In this document: in pieces, positions 7,296 through 12,997 of the stretch
Position numbering within the stretch: position 1 is the first letter of the stretch
Layout: every line of letters begins with the position of its first letter
Assembly: GCA_051648645.1 (NCBI GenBank)
Contig: JBOFFP010000002.1
Location: 1-15,126 of the forward strand
Direction: 5' to 3'
From: Candidatus Rhabdochlamydia sp.
GTDB taxonomy: Bacteria > Chlamydiota > Chlamydiia > Chlamydiales > Rhabdochlamydiaceae
DNA: 15,126 bases
The notes under the pieces: model-generated
The model's database searches: none
What the model saw: only the letters and a program-made list of their open reading frames with translations
What the model was told of the DNA's origin: nothing
Made by a program: the position numbers and the translations under genes

Positions 7296-9065
7296 TTATA
7301 TTTTCTGCTCAAGGGTTTGCCAGCGTAGATAGAGTTGTTCAATCTGATTTTCTTTTAGACCAATCGTTGTACAAACTTCTGTAAGATTTTTTGTGTCTTC
7401 AGCTGTTTCTAGCAGTATATTGAGTTGTTTAATTTCTTCTTCTAAAGCTTCAATTTTTTTTTCAATTTGCTGATATTCTTTTTGTTCTAAATAAGAAAGC
7501 TTTGGTTTAGAGATTGAAGGTTGCTTTGTTTCTTTAAATTTAGAAGCTTCTGGGTTTTTTTGAGCAGCTTGCCACTGGGCGTAATCTGGGTACAAGGTAG
7601 TTTGGTTGAGATCTCCTAAACTAAGCAAGCAATTGCAAACTCGATCGAGCATGCAGCGATCATGAGTAATTAATACAATGGCTCCAGGAAAGTCTATTAA
7701 GCTCTCTTCTAAACTTTCTAAAGTAGGAATATCCAGGTCATTAGTTGGTTCATCTAGTAGAAGAATGTCTGCTTGCTTTAGCATGAGGTGTGCAATAGAT
7801 ATGCGTGCTTTTTCTCCTCCAGAAAGAGATCCAATAGGCATATTTAACAAATCAGGAGAAAATAAAAACCGCTTACACCAGCCATTTACATGAATAGATT
7901 GCCCTCGAAATGAAATATAATCTCCATGAGGAGAAAGAGCTTCTTTAAGGGTGATATTGTCAGGTAGTTGCATTTTATGTTGATCAAAGTACACAATTTT
8001 AATCCCATCTGCTTCTTTAATCGTACCAAGATCAGGAGAGACTTCTTTTGCTAAAATACGTAGCAGAGTTGTTTTTCCAGATCCGTTGGGACCCATTAAA
8101 CCTATTCGCGTTTTAGGGCTCAAAGTAAAATCTATATGCTCAAAGAGTGTTTTACTTCCCATTTTTTTAGAAAGATTTTTAGCTACAAGCAGCTTATTTG
8201 TCTCTCTTTGCGTTGATGCAAAACGGATGTCTGTTTTTTTTTGAAGATTTCTAGTTTGGACAAGGGTTAGATTTTGCAATACTTCATTAGCTGTATCTAT
8301 TCGTGATTGTGCTTTTGTTGTACGTGCTTTAGGAGTTTGACGTAGCCAATCTTCTTCTCGACGTGCTTTAGAAGCCAAAGAGCGTTCTTGTTGGATCTGA
8401 CCTTGTAAAAACTGTTCTTTTTTAGACAAAAAATTAGCATAGGAGCCATCAACGGCAAACATTCCTTTGGGGTAGGCAGAATTAATTTCTATTAATCGGT
8501 TTACTACATTTTGTAAAAAGTACCGATCGTGACTAACCAAAACGTAGGAAGAAACTTCTCTAACAAGAAGCTTTTCTAGCCATAGGATGCCTTCAAGATC
8601 TAAGTGGTTTGTCGGTTCATCAAGCAGTAAAAGATCGGGAGACAAAATCAGCTGTTGAGCAATGCTGAGTCTTTTCTTCCAGCCTCCTGAAAGTAAAGCT
8701 GCTGTAACTGGATTTTTTTTATTAAAACCCGTTTTGCTAAGCCATGTTTCTACAAGTAGTTGTTTATCACAATCTGAAAGGTTCTCTTTTGCTAAAGCGT
8801 TCATCAAAACTTGTTCAACAGATATATCAGGAAATGTGCAGGATTGTGGGACATAACCAATTTTTAATCCTTTTTTAGAAATAACCTCACCAGAATCTGC
8901 AGCCTCAATTCCTGTTAAAATTTTTAAAAAAGTGGACTTCCCAGAGCCATTAGGACCAATTAGGCCTAAGCGGTCTTTGGTAAAGATGCTAAGGGATAGA
9001 TCAGAAAATAAATTTTTTGTGCCAAATGATTTAGTAAGAGACTGGGAGTTTAGAAGAAGGGTCAT
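7296..9065 (-). CDS. uup: ABC-F family ATP-binding protein, Uup-like
   Basis: Two ABC cassettes (GPNGSGKS/T, LSGG, LLLDEPTN), linker PKARTTKAQSRI, C-terminal coiled coil beginning KLSY, and no TM domains. Confidence 0.88.
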   Translation of the reverse strand: MTLLLNSQSLTKSFGTKNLFSDLSLSIFTKDRLGLIGPNGSGKSTFLKILTGIEAADSGEVISKKGLKIGYVPQSCTFPDISVEQVLMNALAKENLSDCDKQLLVETWLSKTGFNKKNPVTAALLSGGWKKRLSIAQQLILSPDLLLLDEPTNHLDLEGILWLEKLLVREVSSYVLVSHDRYFLQNVVNRLIEINSAYPKGMFAVDGSYANFLSKKEQFLQGQIQQERSLASKARREEDWLRQTPKARTTKAQSRIDTANEVLQNLTLVQTRNLQKKTDIRFASTQRETNKLLVAKNLSKKMGSKTLFEHIDFTLSPKTRIGLMGPNGSGKTTLLRILAKEVSPDLGTIKEADGIKIVYFDQHKMQLPDNITLKEALSPHGDYISFRGQSIHVNGWCKRFLFSPDLLNMPIGSLSGGEKARISIAHLMLKQADILLLDEPTNDLDIPTLESLEESLIDFPGAIVLITHDRCMLDRVCNCLLSLGDLNQTTLYPDYAQWQAAQKNPEASKFKETKQPSISKPKLSYLEQKEYQQIEKKIEALEEEIKQLNILLETAEDTKNLTEVCTTIGLKENQIEQLYLRWQTLEQKI

Positions 9066-9100
9066 AACAACACGGAAATATATTTTTTATCTAAGATAAG

Positions 9101-9135
9101 AAAAAGAAAAGCCAAGAATTTTGAGTTCTTGGCTT
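9101..9135 (-). terminator. Intrinsic terminator of the RRM gene
   Basis: Inverted repeat AAGCCAAGAA (9109-9118)/TTCTTGGCTT (9126-9135). On the minus strand it is followed by a U-rich run, and it begins 13 nt after the RRM stop codon. Confidence 0.85.
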
Positions 9136-9148
9136 AAAAAACTAAAGA

Positions 9149-9511
9149 TTAACCGCGATCACGGCGAGTGCGGAAAGAGCGATCGTTACCAAAAGAACGA
9201 CCACCACCACCTGCTCGATCGTCACGGCGAGTGAAATTGGTTTTTTGCTCAGGACGTGCTTCATTTACAATTAGAGTGCGTCCGTTGAGGATTGATCCGT
9301 TTAATGCTTCTGCAGCGCGTTGAGCGTCTTCAGCGTTTTCCATTTCAACAAAGCCAAAGCCTTTTGAGGCATTATCGTTTGATCTGTCTACTACAATACG
9401 AGCAGAAACGATAGGGCCATACGGGGCAAAAACGCCATGTAGTTCTTCTTCAGTTGTGCTAAAAGGTAGGCTGCCTACGTACAGCTTTTTTTTGTTATTT
9501 GATTCGGTCAT
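9149..9511 (-). CDS. RNA-binding protein with a single RRM and Gly/Arg-rich tail
   Basis: RNP2 LYVGSL, RNP1 KGFGFVEM, LIVNEARP and an R/G-rich tail. Start placed at MTESNN (9511), which has GGAG upstream; 120 aa. Confidence 0.95.
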   Translation of the reverse strand: MTESNNKKKLYVGSLPFSTTEEELHGVFAPYGPIVSARIVVDRSNDNASKGFGFVEMENAEDAQRAAEALNGSILNGRTLIVNEARPEQKTNFTRRDDRAGGGGRSFGNDRSFRTRRDRG

Positions 9512-9691
9512 AAAATTCTCCAAGAATACATACAAATCGTTAAAAATATGTCTTAACGATATTAAAATTAACACTGAAGTTGATTCGCGGAATCTAAAGC
9601 GCCGGCTAAAAAACGGGACGCGGGTGACAACACACGGGACCAACACGAAAGTGTGGTGAAAAAAAACTCTTAAAATTAGAGTTTGCTCACT
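9512..9691 (-). ncRNA. Candidate structured cis-regulatory 5' leader RNA of the RRM gene
   Basis: Locally GC-rich intergenic core with several consecutive hairpins and repeated motifs, lying between the predicted promoter and the start codon (see findings). Confidence 0.5.
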
Positions 9692-9697
9692 AGGACT

Positions 9698-9727
9698 AGT
9701 ATAGCTTAAAAGGAGATTCTCTGTCCA
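9698..9727 (-). promoter_or_regulatory. Putative sigma66 promoter of the RRM gene
   Basis: Minus strand TGGACA (9727-9722), 18-nt spacer, TATACT (9703-9698). Confidence 0.6.
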
Positions 9728-9759
9728 TAATTAAACAACAAAAAAATAAATCAATTTAT

Positions 9760-10626
9760 TTACATATGCCTTGAAATGGCTAAGGTTTCCCACTCTGACT
9801 GCTCGGTATATTCTCGAAAAGCTTGGATAAGCTCTTTTGTTCTAGGACCCACTTCTCCTGTCCCAATTCGATGATGGTCAATTTGAACAACGGGCATAAT
9901 TTCTTTATTGCTGGCGGTTACAAAGGCCTCATCAACCAGAGGGAGCTCTTTATAGTTAATGGGAATTAATTGAATAGGAAACCTTGAGGATGCCAATTTA
10001 AGAACAATCTCGCGAGTAATTCCAAGTAATATTTCATCAGAGTTGCATGAATATAAAGTATTTTTTTTAAAACAGAAGAAATTACTAGTAGTAGCTTCTA
10101 GTAATTCTTGAATTTGATTTAAATAGATTGCTTCTTCTGCTTTCTGGTTTATATGTGTTTTTAAAGTGACAATGGCTGGAGTATATTGCGTTGTTTTAAG
10201 AGTTGGAAAGTTGCGTGTCAAAGAAGTAGTAATTGTAGAAATTCCTTTTGTATAAAAGGTGCTGGGGTATTTTACTAGTGGATAGGCTAGAACAATGAGA
10301 GAAGCTTTTTGAGGAGTAAATTGATCTGTACTAACACCACCTGTTACAATAACCTTAATACCTGCTTCTTGCAGCTGATTTAATGCAATCAGAGAATCAA
10401 TGATTTTCGCAATTTCGGCTAAGCTACAGGGGATTTTTAATCCTAAATTGTTGGCGGAATAGTTTAGTCTTTCAAGATGATCCCAAAGGTGAAAGGGACG
10501 TTTGTTATAAGTACGCAAATAATCAAAAACGCCAAATCCTCTTAGAATGGATAGGTCAAATACAGAAAGCTTGGCTTCACTCTCCGGTACATAGTTTCCA
10601 TTTATATAATAAATAGGTTGATTCAT
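9760..10626 (-). CDS. PLP-dependent aminotransferase class IV (possibly a D-amino acid transaminase)
   Basis: YINGNYV, RGFGVFD, HLERLNYSA, catalytic Lys in LKTTQY (K144), EATTSNFF, ILLGITR and DEAFVTAS. Confidence 0.93.
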   Translation of the reverse strand: MNQPIYYINGNYVPESEAKLSVFDLSILRGFGVFDYLRTYNKRPFHLWDHLERLNYSANNLGLKIPCSLAEIAKIIDSLIALNQLQEAGIKVIVTGGVSTDQFTPQKASLIVLAYPLVKYPSTFYTKGISTITTSLTRNFPTLKTTQYTPAIVTLKTHINQKAEEAIYLNQIQELLEATTSNFFCFKKNTLYSCNSDEILLGITREIVLKLASSRFPIQLIPINYKELPLVDEAFVTASNKEIMPVVQIDHHRIGTGEVGPRTKELIQAFREYTEQSEWETLAISRHM

Positions 10627-10799
10627 GAGAATAGCTTTTTCAGATTAGCCTAACAAAGTTCTTCTTCTTAGTAAAGATGTTTGGTTTTTTTTGTAATACA
10701 TAAACATATATAAAAATAGTTGCACATTTTCTAAAAACAGTTTATGAATCGTTAATGTAAAATAAATTTGAAAAACAGGCTTATCCTTAGGAGGAAATT

Positions 10800-11060
10800 A
10801 TGGCTTTAAAAGAAACAATTCATAAAATGCGACAGCAAATTACTGAAATTGCTCATGATTTGGAAAAAGCATTAGAAGGCAATAAGGCAGCAGCACAAAG
10901 AGCAAGAACTACTTCAATTCGGTTTTCTAAAACAGCTAAGGTGTTTCGTAAGGAGTCTGTAGCTGCTGTGAAATCTGGACAGAAAAAGGCAGCTAGAAAA
11001 GCTCCAGCCAAAAAGGCACCTGCTAAAAAGAAAGCACCTGCCAAAAAGAAAAAAAGATAA
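10800..11060 (+). CDS. hctA: Chlamydial histone H1-like nucleoid protein Hc1
   Basis: MALKET...GNKAAAQRARTTSIRFSKTAKVFRKES matches the conserved Hc1 N-terminal domain, followed by a K/A/P-rich tail. AGGAGG RBS at 10789-10794. Confidence 0.93.
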   Translation: MALKETIHKMRQQITEIAHDLEKALEGNKAAAQRARTTSIRFSKTAKVFRKESVAAVKSGQKKAARKAPAKKAPAKKKAPAKKKKR

Positions 11061-11118
11061 GAATTTGCTAAAGATTAATTTTTTTTCTCGATATGCTTAA
11101 TGCATAAAGAGAGAAAAA

Positions 11119-12492
11119 ATGAAAGAAAGCATTTGTTTTGTCCAAAAATTCCATAAGAAAGGCTATGGAACAGGGAACAGTCCTAGTTTTCCAAAGCCTC
11201 TTCAGGTCATAGGTGGGGTTATTGGAGATGAGCTGGTTGTTGAAATTAGATCAAAACAACGTGCTTTCATCAAGCAGATTACCCACTTGTCGCCTTATAG
11301 AACAACTCCAAGGTGTTCTCATGCTCCCTCTTGTGGAGGATGCAGTTGGCAGCAAGTAGATTATTTGTTTCAATTAGAGCAAAAGCAACAACGAGTTCAT
11401 GAATTATTTGCTTCTTTTATAAAAGAAGGGTGTTCCTTAAAACCCATTCTTAGCTGTGATAAGATTTGGCAATATCGCAATAAGATGGAGTTTAGTTTTT
11501 CTCAAGATCGTTCTGGACAACAATTCTTAGGGCTCATTTTAGCTGCTAGCAAAAAAGATGTATTTAACCTACAAGAATGTTGGTTGGTATCTGATTGGTT
11601 TTCATCAGTTGTGGCACAAGTGAGGCTATGGTGGAGCCAAAGCGGCTTGAGTGCTTATCGCTTAGATAACACGGGATCTTTACGTACATTGATTGTACGT
11701 CAATCGCTGCGTACATCTGATAAGCTTGTGATGCTTACTGTTTCTGGTAGACCAGAATATGCATTGAATAAGCATTTGATCAAAAAATTTGTGCAAACAA
11801 TTCTACTTACCGTTCCTAAAACAGATCGGATTAGTATCTTTTTACGTATTCAACAAACAATCAAAGGACAACCTACGCAGTTTTTTGAAATGCACCTACA
11901 TGGACCAGATCACATATTGGAGCATCTCGTCATTGATTCCAAAACTCTAATCTTCAAAATTAGTCCAACCTCTTTTTTCCAACCCAATCCGCAGCAAGCA
12001 GAAAAATTATTTTTAGCAGCGCTTCACGCTATACAAGGACGTAAGAAGCATATTCTTGATCTCTATGCAGGAACTGCTGCTTTGTCGATCGTTTTTGCAA
12101 AAATTGCTGATAAGGTAACTGCTATTGAGCTCAATCCCCATGCCGTATTTGATGCCAAAGTCAATAAAGAATTAAATCATATTGAAAACCTCGAAATTGT
12201 TTGTGGCGATGTAGGGCAAAAACTACAGGAATTAAAAAGCCATCTCGATTTTATTCTGCCAGACTTAGTTATTGTCGATCCTCCTCGTACAGGATTAGAT
12301 GGCAGAGCAATAGAAACTCTTTTAGAAATAGGTTGCCAAGAAATTCTTTACATTTCCTGTAATCCAAGTACTCAAGCAAACGATATTCAATTACTTATGC
12401 AAAAGGGATACCAATTGGTTCTACTTCAGCCAGTAGATCAATTCCCTCATACAGTACACATTGAAACAATTGCTTTGTTAAGACTTTTTTGA
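11119..12492 (+). CDS. rlmD: 23S rRNA (uracil-C5)-methyltransferase, RlmD/RumA family
   Basis: CSHAPSCGGC Fe-S motif, YRNKMEFSF, SFFQPN, LDLYAGT, VDPPRTG, YISCNP and DQFPHTVHIE. Confidence 0.93.
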   Translation: MKESICFVQKFHKKGYGTGNSPSFPKPLQVIGGVIGDELVVEIRSKQRAFIKQITHLSPYRTTPRCSHAPSCGGCSWQQVDYLFQLEQKQQRVHELFASFIKEGCSLKPILSCDKIWQYRNKMEFSFSQDRSGQQFLGLILAASKKDVFNLQECWLVSDWFSSVVAQVRLWWSQSGLSAYRLDNTGSLRTLIVRQSLRTSDKLVMLTVSGRPEYALNKHLIKKFVQTILLTVPKTDRISIFLRIQQTIKGQPTQFFEMHLHGPDHILEHLVIDSKTLIFKISPTSFFQPNPQQAEKLFLAALHAIQGRKKHILDLYAGTAALSIVFAKIADKVTAIELNPHAVFDAKVNKELNHIENLEIVCGDVGQKLQELKSHLDFILPDLVIVDPPRTGLDGRAIETLLEIGCQEILYISCNPSTQANDIQLLMQKGYQLVLLQPVDQFPHTVHIETIALLRLF

Positions 12493-12573
12493 AGCTTTTG
12501 AATTTTTCTTGATTTCTCCAAAGCTCTTGGGCATTCTAGAGCAAAAAATATCTCAAATGATAAGGATATAATT

Positions 12574-12945
12574 ATGAAAAAAATACTTACAACTATTCCG
12601 GCTCTTTGTGCAACAACCTCTGTGTTTGCTGATGTAGAAACTACCGTAGGCAGTAACAATTACATGCAAATGCTATTCATGATTGGATTTGCTGTTGTTT
12701 TCTTCTATTTCATTATTTGGCGTCCTGACCAAAAACGACGTAAGCAGATGGAACAAATGCGCAACTCAATTTCTAAAGGAGATCGCGTTACCGTTATGGG
12801 AATCCTTGGAACAGTAGATAAAATAGAAAAAGATACTGTGATTTTAGCGCTTTACCAAGGTGGAAAAATGGAAGTGTTGAAAAATGCGATTACCGACATT
12901 CAACCTTCTGTCACAAAAGTTGCAGAACCTACGGAAATTGAATAA
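12574..12945 (+). CDS. yajC: Preprotein translocase subunit YajC
   Basis: TM helix ending FYFIIWRPDQKRRK, then KGDRVTVMGILGTV. An extra signal-peptide-like N-terminus is present. Confidence 0.93.
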   Translation: MKKILTTIPALCATTSVFADVETTVGSNNYMQMLFMIGFAVVFFYFIIWRPDQKRRKQMEQMRNSISKGDRVTVMGILGTVDKIEKDTVILALYQGGKMEVLKNAITDIQPSVTKVAEPTEIE

Positions 12946-12955
12946 AATTTAAGCG

Positions 12956-12997
12956 TTGATTAAAGACAGGAAAGGTTTCTTTTCTGTCTTTAATTAA
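12956..12997. terminator. Probable bidirectional terminator hairpin between convergent genes
   Basis: ATTAAAGACAGGAAAG (12959-12974), loop GTTT, CTTTTCTGTCTTTAAT (12979-12994); extendable to about 19 bp with G-U pairs. It overlaps the stop codon of the minus-strand gene. Confidence 0.8.

Noticed and set aside
9578..9610. Possible IhtA-like antisense RNA (TAAAGC complementary to the hctA GCTTTA start region)
   Set aside because: Only about 6 nt of complementarity, which does not cover the AUG; G-U pairing favours the opposite strand.
9512..9646. 45-aa N-terminal extension of the RRM ORF given in the ORF track
   Set aside because: The RRM domain begins right after Met46, which has a GGAG SD. 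The extension is better explained as non-coding leader.
10720..10749. hctA promoter TTGCAC-17-TATGAA, or a CIRCE-like element
   Set aside because: The -10 match is mediocre in very AT-rich DNA and there is no CIRCE inverted repeat; too weak to list as a feature.
11069..11094. Sigma28-like promoter TAAAGATT-N10-CTCGATAT upstream of rlmD
   Set aside because: The spacer is one base shorter than the usual 11, the -10 is imperfect, and the presence of sigma28 in this organism is unknown.
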